Positions 7,963 through 17,072 are shown, counted from the stretch's first letter. The stretch is DNA of 32,000 nucleotides from Rickettsiales bacterium (GCA_031254335.1 JAIRUP010000005.1:1-32000); one strand, 5' to 3'. Made by a program: numbers and translations. The notes: generated from the sequence alone by a model not told the origin.

Positions 7963-8570
7963 ATTACTATTTTAGCGAGATGCCGAAGCACTTGGATATG
8001 TCCAAACGGTCCGAGCTTTATTCGGTTAATGACTTCACCTTTGCGGTCGCGGTCATCCTGTCCGCTCAGGCTACCGATAAAAAGGTGAATGAAATCGCCC
8101 CGGCCTTGTTCCGCGCCGCGCCGAACCCGGAAAAAATGCTGGAATTGGGGCTGGCGGGTCTTAAAAAACACATAAAGGTCATATCGTTCTTCAACAACAA
8201 GGCCAAAAACATAATGGCCATGTCGCGCATCTTGAAGGGCGGGGCGTTGCCCCGGACCAAAGAGGAATTGATTGCGCTGCCGGGCATTGGCGAAAAGACC
8301 GCGAATGTCATTATGAATGTCCTTTGGGGCGCGCCGCTGATTGGGGTCGATACCCATGTGTTTCGGCTAAGCCGTCGGTTCGGCTGGTCGGACGCGAACA
8401 CTCCCGAAAAGGTCGGCAGGGACTTGGCGCGGGTCGTTCCGAAGAAATATCACGGAATCGTGAATCATGTGATGGTTCTGCACGGAAGGTATATTTGCAG
8501 GGCCCTGCGTCCGAAATGCGCCGAATGCCCCGTCCGTGCGAAATGTCCGTTCAAGGGGAAAACTGTCTAA
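7950..8570 (+). CDS. nth: Endonuclease III (Nth)
   Basis: 206 aa. It has [10 protein letters not shown], the HhH-GPD block [20 protein letters not shown] and the 4Fe-4S motif C-X6-C-X2-C-X5-C ([17 protein letters not shown]). The start overlaps the mnmG end. Confidence 0.92.
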   Translation: MRFIDYYFSEMPKHLDMSKRSELYSVNDFTFAVAVILSAQATDKKVNEIAPALFRAAPNPEKMLELGLAGLKKHIKVISFFNNKAKNIMAMSRILKGGALPRTKEELIALPGIGEKTANVIMNVLWGAPLIGVDTHVFRLSRRFGWSDANTPEKVGRDLARVVPKKYHGIVNHVMVLHGRYICRALRPKCAECPVRAKCPFKGKTV

Positions 8571-10900
8571 GCTACTTTTGACATATACTGCTTGTATATC
8601 GCGTGCATTTCGCGGACTTTCTTCGCGCGCTCTTCCTCGGACAGTTTCTCGTTGTTCGCCTCGACGGTCATTTTTCTAAGCTCGAATGTGGCGGCGTCGA
8701 AATTCTTCTGCGTTTCCACGCGGTCGCGGAATATGCTGTTGTCGTAGCTGGACGCGACCTCGTTTATCTCGATTCCAAGCTGGGCCAGCATGCCGCGCGT
8801 TCCGGCGTTCATTTCGCTTCCGAGCATTTTGGCGTTCGTCCTGTCGGACATCCTCATGCTTTCCTCGCTTATGAGGGAATTCCAGAAATTGACGAGCCTT
8901 GAAACGCTGGCGTCCTTCTTTTCCGGTATGGTTTTCCTGGTTTCAATGATTTCCTTGGCCCTCAGCTGCCGCTCTATCAGCAGTTCCGTGGATTTTTCAA
9001 GGCTGCCCACCAGGCCGTCCAGCTTTTTCAAAAGCTCGCCGTCGCCAAGGCCGTCTATCGCCCGGCCGAGCGCGGTGCGGCCGAGGTCGTCTTTCTTTGC
9101 GCGGGCGGCCTCGGAAAGCATGGCTTCCGTTTTTTGCTCGTCCGCTATTTCCTTTTCAAGCTGGGCGCGCGCGCCGTTGTCGTCGTCGTCGAATATCCCC
9201 GGCTCCGCCTGGGGTCGCGACTTCAATATCTCTATGGCGGTTCGGGACTCCAAGACCTTGTCCAGGGCTTCTTTGAGTTCGTCTATCGCGTCCTGGGTCT
9301 TTCGGAATTCCGCGCGCAGCTCCGCGTCGGGGGCGTTCCAGTCGAAGGCGGCGGATTCCAGGCCTTCTTTAAGGTGCTTGTTTTCTTCCGGCGAGCGCGG
9401 CGGAAGATTGGTGTCGCCAATCGCTATGTCCTTTTCAAGGCCCTTCTCGACATTCCCCTTGGACAGTTTTTTCCTGCGGTTGAATATCAGGTTTTTCGTA
9501 AGGACCGTCGATTCGAAGACCGCGCGCGCGGCGGCGTTCATTCCGAAATCCACGGCCTTGGCGAAGAATTGGAGCGGCGGGGCGGACTGGAACGCGGGAA
9601 GCCCCGACATGATTCCCCAATCGGACTGCTTGAAGGCGTCGCGCCGCGTCGACAGCAGCCTGCTTCCCGCGAGGACCGAAAGGCATTCCAGGACGATTTG
9701 CGGGTATTTGTCGCCCATGATGTGCTCTTTCAGGGCGAACTTTCGGATTAGTTCGCTTACAAGCTCGGTCATTTGCTGGGAATTTTTGAGCGCGCCCGCG
9801 AACACGAAGGGCTTTTCCTTCTTTATATCCTCCAAATGGGACTTCATCCATTCGGCCGCGCCGGTCGAGTATGACGACAGATTCGGGTTCTTTTTCGTGT
9901 TCACATCCCCAAGGGCTTTGATGAATCCGTCCAGCCCGTCCTTTGGCGAGAATCCGTCCCCGAGAACCATGACCTGTTCCATGATTTCGGCGGCGTCGGG
10001 GTCGCGGTATCTGTGCGAAAGATGGCGGTCGAACCGTTTGAGGAGCCTGTTGTCCAGGACTTCCCGCACCTTGGCTTTCGCCCAGTCGAATCCGACCAGG
10101 TTGTCCTTCGGCTCCATCGGGATGTCTTCGGGCTTCCTTTCCTTGGACCGGATTATGTATCCGGCCAGCTCGGGGTCGAACTTGTCTATGAGGCTTCTGT
10201 TCTTTTCGTTGATTGCCAGATACAGGTTGTTCATATAGCCCTGGTATATTTCCGCGAAATTATCCAGCTGGTGCCTTGTGTGGGTGGTGGTTTCGCCGAT
10301 ATAGTCGTCGATTGCCTTCGCGGCCGCGCCAAGGTCCTCGCCGGTCCTATTGACGAACCTGTCGACCTTGGGCATATTTTTGAGTATTTCGCTTATTTCC
10401 GCCAGGACATCGGCGGCGAGCGGCGCGCCGGAATATATCTGCCCGGCGAGGCGGCGGGCGTTGTATCCCATTCCCAGCTGGTAGTATTTGTTGTTGTAGG
10501 CCTGATGGTTGTCCTGCAAGATTCTCGCTATGTTGTTCCTTGACTTTTCTTCCGCGAGCGTTTTGGGATACTTGAATGTGGGGAACGCTTCCGCCCACTT
10601 GTCGTTCCCTATGAGGGCCTTCAAGCCGGGGTCTTGCAGGGGCGTCTCCTCGTTCATGCCGCGAAGCCCGGTCATTATGGTTTTCAGCCTTTCGTAAAGC
10701 AGCTCGAACACTTCATAGCTGGGGACGGGAATCTTTTCGGGTATGAAGCCCCACGCATACAGTTTTCCGCCGTTGCGGTTCTGCTTTTTAAGCTCTTTGT
10801 ATCTGTCCAGCCTTTCCCTGGGAACCATGTTGAAGTTTTCCCAGTTGAAATGCTGTTCGAGAAGCTGGCCTAGATTTTGTATGAACCTGTCGTCCGCCAT
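8567..10900 (-). CDS. Large orphan hypothetical protein (777 aa from MADDRF...)
   Basis: The ORF is long and uninterrupted, with even codon usage. I chose the ATG at 10900 with an AAGGGGG SD (the track start at 10939 is 13 codons upstream). I see no recognisable catalytic or nucleotide-binding motif. The C-terminal quarter or so is E/K/A/L-rich and looks like coiled coil. Confidence 0.7.
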   Translation of the reverse strand: MADDRFIQNLGQLLEQHFNWENFNMVPRERLDRYKELKKQNRNGGKLYAWGFIPEKIPVPSYEVFELLYERLKTIMTGLRGMNEETPLQDPGLKALIGNDKWAEAFPTFKYPKTLAEEKSRNNIARILQDNHQAYNNKYYQLGMGYNARRLAGQIYSGAPLAADVLAEISEILKNMPKVDRFVNRTGEDLGAAAKAIDDYIGETTTHTRHQLDNFAEIYQGYMNNLYLAINEKNRSLIDKFDPELAGYIIRSKERKPEDIPMEPKDNLVGFDWAKAKVREVLDNRLLKRFDRHLSHRYRDPDAAEIMEQVMVLGDGFSPKDGLDGFIKALGDVNTKKNPNLSSYSTGAAEWMKSHLEDIKKEKPFVFAGALKNSQQMTELVSELIRKFALKEHIMGDKYPQIVLECLSVLAGSRLLSTRRDAFKQSDWGIMSGLPAFQSAPPLQFFAKAVDFGMNAAARAVFESTVLTKNLIFNRRKKLSKGNVEKGLEKDIAIGDTNLPPRSPEENKHLKEGLESAAFDWNAPDAELRAEFRKTQDAIDELKEALDKVLESRTAIEILKSRPQAEPGIFDDDDNGARAQLEKEIADEQKTEAMLSEAARAKKDDLGRTALGRAIDGLGDGELLKKLDGLVGSLEKSTELLIERQLRAKEIIETRKTIPEKKDASVSRLVNFWNSLISEESMRMSDRTNAKMLGSEMNAGTRGMLAQLGIEINEVASSYDNSIFRDRVETQKNFDAATFELRKMTVEANNEKLSEEERAKKVREMHAIYKQYMSKVA

Positions 10901-10976
10901 AATCGCCCCCTTGGCTCTTATACCCCAATTATAACCCAAAATGGACGAAATTCAAGGAAAACCGCCGAAAATATTA

Positions 10977-11222
10977 AATAAACTCAAAAAATATTAGAAA
11001 ATCAGAGCCGATAGGAAATCGTCCGATGCGCAGGAAAGCCTCGGCCCGAGTCTGGCCTTATATGGCCGCGAGGGTGAGGGCGGAACCAGAAAACATGCCG
11101 GGTGGCATGTTTTCCCGCCCGAGCAGAATCCCCGAATCTTTGATTCGGTGGATTCGTTGAAGTTTTCCAAGCAAGCGGGCGATTTATTGCGGCGATTGTT
11201 TTATTTGCTTATATTTTTTGTC
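10977..11222 (+). repeat. E-repeat copy E3 (expanded, 246 bp)
   Basis: It has canonical ends (AATAAACTCAAAAAATATTAG ... GCTTATATTTTTTGTC) and the core GTCTGGCC-TTATAT-GGCCGCGAGGG. About 80 extra bp include the hairpins AAAACATGCC-GGGT-GGCATGTTTT (11090-11113) and CCGAATC-TTTG-ATTCGG. Confidence 0.75.
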
Positions 11223-11304
11223 CTTGCTTTTTCAGAAATTTCGGTAATAATCAGCCATCCCCATGGGCGAGGCATTGCCCCAAGGAAACTCAAAAGGATA
11301 AAAC

Positions 11305-11508
11305 ATGCCGAAACTGAAAACAAACTCGTCCGTGAAGAAACGATTCCGGGCGACCGCGACTGGCAAAATAACCGCCCAGGCCGGAAACAGAAACCACTTC
11401 AAATCGAAGCGTTCGTCCCGCGCCCTCGTGGCCTGCCGCCACGGCAAGGAGCTTGGCTCGGCGCACAAGAAGCAGATTAAAAAATTGTCCCCATACGGGC
11501 TTAAATAA
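11305..11508 (+). CDS. rpmI: 50S ribosomal protein L35
   Basis: MPKLKTNSSVKKRFRATATGKI is the typical L35 N-terminus. The protein is 67 aa, an AAGGA SD precedes it, and rplT follows. Confidence 0.9.
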   Translation: MPKLKTNSSVKKRFRATATGKITAQAGNRNHFKSKRSSRALVACRHGKELGSAHKKQIKKLSPYGLK

Positions 11509-11601
11509 TAGAAATTAACAAGCTCGCGCGAAAGCGCGGCAAAACAAACGGGCCCCGCGGGCGAGCAAGCGAAGCGCGGCGGAGACCGTGGGAGAAAAGA
11601 A

Positions 11602-11970
11602 ATGGCAAGAGTCAAAAGAGGGATTCAGACAAAGAAGACCCATAAAAAAGTTCTTGAAAAGGCCAAGGGATACCGCGGCCGCCACCACACCACCGTCCGC
11701 GCCGCGCGCGAAAAGGTGGAGAAGGCCGGCCAATACGCCTATCGCGACAGGAAGGTCAAGAAGCGCGAATTCCGCTCGCTTTGGATTGTCCGCATAAACG
11801 CGGCCGTCCGCGAGGCGGGGATGTCCTATTCCCAGTTCATGAACGCCCTTAAAGGCATGAAGGTCGAGCTTGACCGCAAGGTGCTTGCGGAAATGGCATA
11901 CGACAACGACGCCGCTTTCAAGGCCTTGATAGAGAACGCGAAGCGATTTATAGGCGCGAAGACGAAATAA
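11602..11970 (+). CDS. rplT: 50S ribosomal protein L20
   Basis: [26 protein letters not shown]...[14 protein letters not shown] is the canonical L20 sequence. Confidence 0.95.
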   Translation: MARVKRGIQTKKTHKKVLEKAKGYRGRHHTTVRAAREKVEKAGQYAYRDRKVKKREFRSLWIVRINAAVREAGMSYSQFMNALKGMKVELDRKVLAEMAYDNDAAFKALIENAKRFIGAKTK

Positions 11971-11992
11971 CGCGGCTTGTATTTTGCAGACG

Positions 11993-12020
11993 AAAAGCCG
12001 CGCCGCCGCGCGGCTTTTCG
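11993..12020 (+). terminator. Intrinsic terminator/attenuator-like hairpin between rplT and pheS
   Basis: AAAAGCCGCG-CCGCCG-CGCGGCTTTT is a GC-rich stem with a T run. The upstream CGCGGCTT (11971-11978) can alternatively pair with AAGCCGCG (11995-12002). Confidence 0.4.
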
Positions 12021-12058
12021 CATTGCCCGTCGTGCCAGCGAAAAGAAACGAGGAAACC

Positions 12059-13030
12059 ATGCTTGAAAATATAAAAAGTCTTGAAGAATTGCAAAAGGCC
12101 TATTCCGAAATATTCGGAAAGTCGGGAACCATGACCGCGCGCCTGAAAGATATGAAAAATCTTGGCAACGACGCGCGCGCCGCCCTTAACAAAGAGAATT
12201 CCGAACTGCGCGAGGCCTTCCGTGTCCGCCAGGAGGAACTGGAAAACGAAACCGTGCTGGCGATGTTGTCAGAGCAAAGACTTGACGCCGCCGCCCCGTT
12301 TGATTCCAAACCGCAGGGCGGGGGAAAACTTCATGTGATGACCCAGTCGTTCTATGAAATCGCCAAAATTTTCGAGGGAATGGGCTATGCCTTGCGCACC
12401 GGCCCCGAGATTGAGGACGACTGGCACAACTTCACCGCCCTGAACGCGCCCGAATACCATCCGGCGCGCGACATGCAGGACACATTCTTTGTGGAGGGCG
12501 GAAATGTCATGAGGACCCAGACTTCGGCCGTCCAAATCCGCGCGATGGAAAAGGAAGGCGCGCCGATTAAAATCATCGTCCCGGGAACAACCTATCGCAA
12601 AGAGATGGACGCGACCCATTTCCCGATGTTCCATCAGGTCGAAGGCCTGGTAATCGGGGACGGCATAACTATTTCGAACTTGGTCGCGGACATGAAGACA
12701 TTCGTCAAAATCTATTTCGATATAGCGGAATTGCCAGCCATGCAAATCAGGCCGTCCTATTTCCCCTTCACCGAGCCTTCCATCGAAATGGATGTGAAAT
12801 GGAACAAGAAAACCGGCCGCATAGGCCAAGGCGACGACTGGCTGGAAATCTTCCCGGGCGGCATGGTGCATCCGGCGGTCCTGAGAAATGTCGGCCTGGA
12901 CCCTGATAAAAACCAGGGCTTCGCCTTCGGCTTCGGCTGGGACCGGATGGTCATGCTGAAATACGGCCTGCCGGACGGCCGCAAATTCTACGACAACGAT
13001 ATTCGTTGGTTAAAGGCAAAGGGGTTTTGA
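12059..13030 (+). CDS. pheS: Phenylalanine--tRNA ligase alpha subunit
   Basis: HPARDMQDTFF, FRKE-like YRKEMDATHFPMFHQVEG and FGFGWDRMVML are class II aaRS motifs. I chose the ATG at 12059 with a GAGGAA SD rather than the TTG at 11984. Confidence 0.93.
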   Translation: MLENIKSLEELQKAYSEIFGKSGTMTARLKDMKNLGNDARAALNKENSELREAFRVRQEELENETVLAMLSEQRLDAAAPFDSKPQGGGKLHVMTQSFYEIAKIFEGMGYALRTGPEIEDDWHNFTALNAPEYHPARDMQDTFFVEGGNVMRTQTSAVQIRAMEKEGAPIKIIVPGTTYRKEMDATHFPMFHQVEGLVIGDGITISNLVADMKTFVKIYFDIAELPAMQIRPSYFPFTEPSIEMDVKWNKKTGRIGQGDDWLEIFPGGMVHPAVLRNVGLDPDKNQGFAFGFGWDRMVMLKYGLPDGRKFYDNDIRWLKAKGF

Positions 13031-13031
13031 T

Positions 13032-15326
13032 ATGCGCTGGACTTACAACTGGTTGAAGGAATATTTGGACACCGAAGCGGACGCGAAGCAGGTCGCGGAC
13101 GCGCTTACGAAAATCGGCCTTGAAATCGAGGGGCTTGTCTTTCCAGTCGTGCCAATCGCGGCGAAAATCGTCGAATGTTCCGACATACCCGAAACCCATC
13201 TGCATTTATTGAAAGTCGACGATGGCACTGGCGTTTTGCGCCAGGTCGTATGCGGCGCGCCGAACGCCCGGGCGGGGCTTACCGGGGCCCTTGCGCTGCC
13301 TGGATGCAAAGTCGCCGGCGTGGAAATCAAGGCGGGACGCATCCGCGGATTCGAATCGAACGGCATGATGTGCAGCGAAAAGGAATTGGAAATTTCCGAC
13401 AGCCACGACGGAATAATCGAACTTGAAGACACCGCGCCCGGAACCCCTTTGCGCGCCGCGGACGACGCCGTGTTCGAAGCGAAAATACTTCCCAACCGCC
13501 CGGATTATCTGGCCGTGCGCGGCATAGCCTTGGACCTTGTCGCGGCCGGCCTTGGAAAATTCGGGGACTGTGTTCCAACCGCATTGTCCGGCGCGGCCAA
13601 TCGCAAAGCCGTCATTAAAAGCCCGGCGCGCTGCCTGGTTTATCGCTTGGCCGAAATCGACAATATCGAAATCGCGCCGTCGTGCCGCCTTGTCGCGGAC
13701 CGCCTGGCCGCCATCGGAATCACGCCGCGGAACGCACCCATAGACGCGACGAACTATGTCTGCTATGACCTGGGCCAGCCCATGCATTGCTTCGACGCGG
13801 ACGAGATTTCGGGCGACATAATTATCCGCGACGCCGAAGCCGGCGAGAAATTCGCCGACCTTTTCGGAAAAGAGCATATCTTGGCCGAATCGGATTTGGT
13901 AATCGCCGACGCGGCCGGAATCCTTGCGCTGGCGGGTATTGTGGGCGGTAGCCGCGGCATGACGACGGACAAGACCCGGAACATTATCCTTGAATCCGCT
14001 TGTTTCGAGCCGGTCGGCATAAGGAAGACCGCGCGACGCCTGGGCCTTTCCACCGACGCCAGCTTCCGCTACGAGCGCGGCATAGACCCGACCATTACGG
14101 AAAAATCCTTGGCTGCCTGCGCGCGGATTATCGTGAACGCCTGCGGCGGGGAAATCGTCGGCACATTCGCGGCGGGCGAAAACCCGGCGGACAATCGCAT
14201 TGTGGAATATTCCCCCGCGCTTATGAAGCAAAAGACCGGCGTCGATATGCCCGCAAGCGAACAGAAGGCGATTATCGAAAGATTCGGTTTCAAGGTCGAA
14301 ACGAAGGGGGATGTTTGGAAGATAAAGCCGACCCCGGCGCGCATAGACATCACGATTCCCGAAGCCATAGTGAGCGACCTTATAAGAATCTACGGATACG
14401 ACAATATAAGGGTCGGCGGCGTCAAACTTGCCGATGTGAATCCGTCTTTCCAGGAACTGAATATCAAGTCATTCCTGGCGGGGCGCGGCTTGTCCGAAAT
14501 CCGCCCTTATAAATTCGGCGATTCGAAGAAGGAAAAGCTGCTGGGCGGCCGCCCGAGCGTCATGGTGGTGAATCCTATTATAGACACCTTTGACACGGCG
14601 CGGAATTCGCTGGTGCAGGGCATGCTGGACACCGTCGCGGACAACGATAGATGGAAGCGTTCCAACCTTAATTTGTTTGAACTCGGCGTCGTGTTCGACG
14701 GCAACCGACCCGGCGACCAGCACGAGCAGCTGATAATCGCCCGCACCGGTGTTTTCGGCGAAAATATCGGGACGAAACACGGCCGCCTGGTCGAAATCTA
14801 TGATGTCCGCGCGGATTTGCTTGCGCTTTTCCCGGGGGCGTCGGTTCGGAACCATGCCAACCCGCCCGAATGGGCGCATCCGTTCCGCGCCGGGGAAATT
14901 GTTGCCGCAGGCGCGGCGGTCGCCGAATTCGCCGAGCTGCACCCCGCCGTCGCCAAAAAATTCGGTATAAAAACGCGCGTCGTTTTGGGCCTTGTGGACG
15001 ACGCCGCGAAGATTCCCGCCCAGCCGGAAGCGCGGCTTGTCATGAATGCGGAGAACGACCCGTCGAACGAGTTCCCGGACTTCCCGCTGATTACGCGCGA
15101 CTTTGCCTTCATTACGGACGACGAGGCCGGACTGCTCGCCGCCGTGAAGGACTTGGCCTATGAGGCGAATGTCTTCGACACCTTCCTTATGCCGGACGGG
15201 AAAAAATCGGTCGCCATAGAATTGGTTGTCCAGCCGGCCGCCAATATGACGGACGCGGCCCTGGCCGAATTCCAAAACAAGGTTGTCGCGGCGGCGGAAA
15301 AAACCGGGGCCAAGCTCAGGTCGTAG
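13032..15326 (+). CDS. pheT: Phenylalanine--tRNA ligase beta subunit
   Basis: 764 aa. MRWTYNWLKEYLD is the typical N-terminus. It includes the tRNA-binding OB block (VVCGAPNA, GMMCSEKEL) and lies immediately downstream of pheS. Confidence 0.93.
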   Translation: MRWTYNWLKEYLDTEADAKQVADALTKIGLEIEGLVFPVVPIAAKIVECSDIPETHLHLLKVDDGTGVLRQVVCGAPNARAGLTGALALPGCKVAGVEIKAGRIRGFESNGMMCSEKELEISDSHDGIIELEDTAPGTPLRAADDAVFEAKILPNRPDYLAVRGIALDLVAAGLGKFGDCVPTALSGAANRKAVIKSPARCLVYRLAEIDNIEIAPSCRLVADRLAAIGITPRNAPIDATNYVCYDLGQPMHCFDADEISGDIIIRDAEAGEKFADLFGKEHILAESDLVIADAAGILALAGIVGGSRGMTTDKTRNIILESACFEPVGIRKTARRLGLSTDASFRYERGIDPTITEKSLAACARIIVNACGGEIVGTFAAGENPADNRIVEYSPALMKQKTGVDMPASEQKAIIERFGFKVETKGDVWKIKPTPARIDITIPEAIVSDLIRIYGYDNIRVGGVKLADVNPSFQELNIKSFLAGRGLSEIRPYKFGDSKKEKLLGGRPSVMVVNPIIDTFDTARNSLVQGMLDTVADNDRWKRSNLNLFELGVVFDGNRPGDQHEQLIIARTGVFGENIGTKHGRLVEIYDVRADLLALFPGASVRNHANPPEWAHPFRAGEIVAAGAAVAEFAELHPAVAKKFGIKTRVVLGLVDDAAKIPAQPEARLVMNAENDPSNEFPDFPLITRDFAFITDDEAGLLAAVKDLAYEANVFDTFLMPDGKKSVAIELVVQPAANMTDAALAEFQNKVVAAAEKTGAKLRS

Positions 15327-15969
15327 GGAGATGGGAAAACGCGCCGGCGCGGAATGCTTCCCGAAGCGCGGCGTTCGCTTCCCCTGCGTCAAGGCCCTGC
15401 TCTTTTAGAAACAGGATTGCTTGCGCGCCGCCCTTGTCGATTGCCGCCCCGTGCGATGCGGCGGCTTTTTCGCTCGATATGAATTGATTGGGCTGGATTC
15501 TAAGCAGCTTCGCGCTCGGCTCGGCCAAAACGCGGAAATTTATGGAGTTTTTGACGCCCAGCAAGCCCGGCCCGATATTGGCCGAGGCCCGCGCGTCCGT
15601 TTCCGAGCCCGCGCCCGCTTCTATTCTGGCGTCGACCGAGATTTCCGAGGAGCTTCCGAGATGGTTCGCGGTTATCGAAATGTCCGCCGCGTTTTCGTTC
15701 TCTATGAAAATCCCCGCGCGGAAAACCGCGCCCGCTTCGGCGTCGATTTGGACCTTGCCTGAAAAGCCGGAAAGGACGGCGGTCAAATAAACGGTTTCGC
15801 CGGCGCGCGCGGTTATTTTTTCGGGCAGCTTGGCCCCTCCCTGAACCATTATATGAAGCGGCCCCGCGCCCGACTCGTCGGACAAATCCGCACGGTATTC
15901 CCCGTCAAGCCAAACCCGGGTCCGCGCGCGGATTTTCGGAATATCGAACCGCTCCCAAAGATAATTCAT
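15316..15969 (-). CDS. Short SufD/SufB-family (SufBD beta-helix) protein, 217 aa
   Basis: The C-terminal block IQPNQFISSEKAAASHGAAIDKGGAQAILFLKEQGLDAGEANAALREAF parallels SufD P.LEI..D.V.CSHGATVG.LD...LFYL.SRG....A..LL. It is about half the usual SufD length and no sufB or sufC is adjacent. Confidence 0.55.
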   Translation of the reverse strand: MNYLWERFDIPKIRARTRVWLDGEYRADLSDESGAGPLHIMVQGGAKLPEKITARAGETVYLTAVLSGFSGKVQIDAEAGAVFRAGIFIENENAADISITANHLGSSSEISVDARIEAGAGSETDARASANIGPGLLGVKNSINFRVLAEPSAKLLRIQPNQFISSEKAAASHGAAIDKGGAQAILFLKEQGLDAGEANAALREAFRAGAFSHLPTT

Positions 15970-15978
15970 TTGATTTCG

Positions 15979-16011
15979 CCTCTTTTCGGGTTAGTATAAC
16001 CCGAAAAGAGG
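15979..16011. promoter_or_regulatory. 33-nt perfect palindrome containing the SD of both divergent genes
   Basis: CCTCTTTTCGGGTT-AGTAT-AACCCGAAAAGAGG has a 14-bp perfect stem. On the plus strand it is followed by TTTTT. AAGAGG lies 8 nt before the ychF ATG, and its mirror AAGAGG lies 9 nt before the minus-strand ATG at 15969. Confidence 0.6.
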
Positions 16012-16019
16012 TTTTTACA

Positions 16020-17072
16020 ATGGGTTTTAAGTGCGGTATTGTGGGGCTTCCGAATGTCGGAAAATCAACGCTGTTTAATGCGCTTACGGCGACCCTGGGG
16101 GCCGAGGCGGCGAACTATCCGTTCTGCACCATAGAGCCGAATTCGGGCGCGGCGATTGTCCCGGACGATACCTTGGCGCGTCTGGCCGCGGCGGCGAAAT
16201 CGCAGAAAATCATCCCGGCCCAAATAGAATTCATCGACATAGCGGGACTGGTCGAGGGCGCGAGCGCGGGCGAGGGGCTGGGCAACAAGTTCCTTGGGCA
16301 TATCCAGGCGGTGGACGCGATTGTCCATCTGGTCCGCTGCTTCGATGACGACAATATAATCCATGTGGCCAACCGCATCGACCCGCTGGAAGACATCGCC
16401 ACAATCGAATTGGAATTGCAGCTCGCCGATTTGGAATCCATCGAAAAGCAAATCCTTAACCTCTCCAAAAAAGCCAAAGGCCGGGACAAGGACGCGATTA
16501 AATTATTGGCCGGGGCGGAAATAATCCGGGACGGCCTTCGCGCGGGCAAATCGGCGCGGGATACGGGGCGGGGCGGAAACACTTTCAATTTACTCACGGC
16601 CAAACCCGTGCTTTATGTCTGCAATGTGGCCGAAGATATGACGGGCGGCGACGAAGTCATAAATAAATTCGGCGGAATCAAAATCTCGGTCAAAATAGAG
16701 CAGGAAATATCCGCAATATCCGACCCGGCGGAAAAGAAAGAATTCATGGAAGCATTGAATCTCCCCGAAACGGGCCTGGCCAAAATCATAAAGGCGGGCT
16801 ATAAGTTATTGGGTCTACAAACATATTATACTGCGGGTCCAAAAGAGGCGCATGCCTGGACAATCCATGCCGGGGACGGCGCGCCCAAGGCGGCGGGCGT
16901 CATACATACGGATTTCGAGAAGGGCTTTATCCGCGCGGAAGTCATAAAGGCCGAGGATTATATTTCCCTGGGCGGCGAACTGGCGGCCAAAGATGCGGGC
17001 AAAATGCGCACGGTCGGCAAGGATTATATTATGCAGGAAGGTGATGTGTGCCATTTCCTTTTTAATAATTGA
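16020..17072 (+). CDS. ychF: Ribosome-binding ATPase YchF
   Basis: MGFKCGIVGLPNVGKSTLFNALT is the P-loop. It also has NYPFCTIEPN, DIAGLV and the C-terminal TGS-like block YTAGPKEAHAWTI..G..AP.AAG.IH.DFE.GFIRAEV. Confidence 0.93.
   Translation: MGFKCGIVGLPNVGKSTLFNALTATLGAEAANYPFCTIEPNSGAAIVPDDTLARLAAAAKSQKIIPAQIEFIDIAGLVEGASAGEGLGNKFLGHIQAVDAIVHLVRCFDDDNIIHVANRIDPLEDIATIELELQLADLESIEKQILNLSKKAKGRDKDAIKLLAGAEIIRDGLRAGKSARDTGRGGNTFNLLTAKPVLYVCNVAEDMTGGDEVINKFGGIKISVKIEQEISAISDPAEKKEFMEALNLPETGLAKIIKAGYKLLGLQTYYTAGPKEAHAWTIHAGDGAPKAAGVIHTDFEKGFIRAEVIKAEDYISLGGELAAKDAGKMRTVGKDYIMQEGDVCHFLFNN

Noticed and set aside
11984-12058. TTG-initiated 25-codon extension of PheS.
   Set aside because: The extension covers the terminator/attenuator-like hairpins. 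The ATG at 12059 has a GAGGAA SD and gives an alignable PheS N-terminus.
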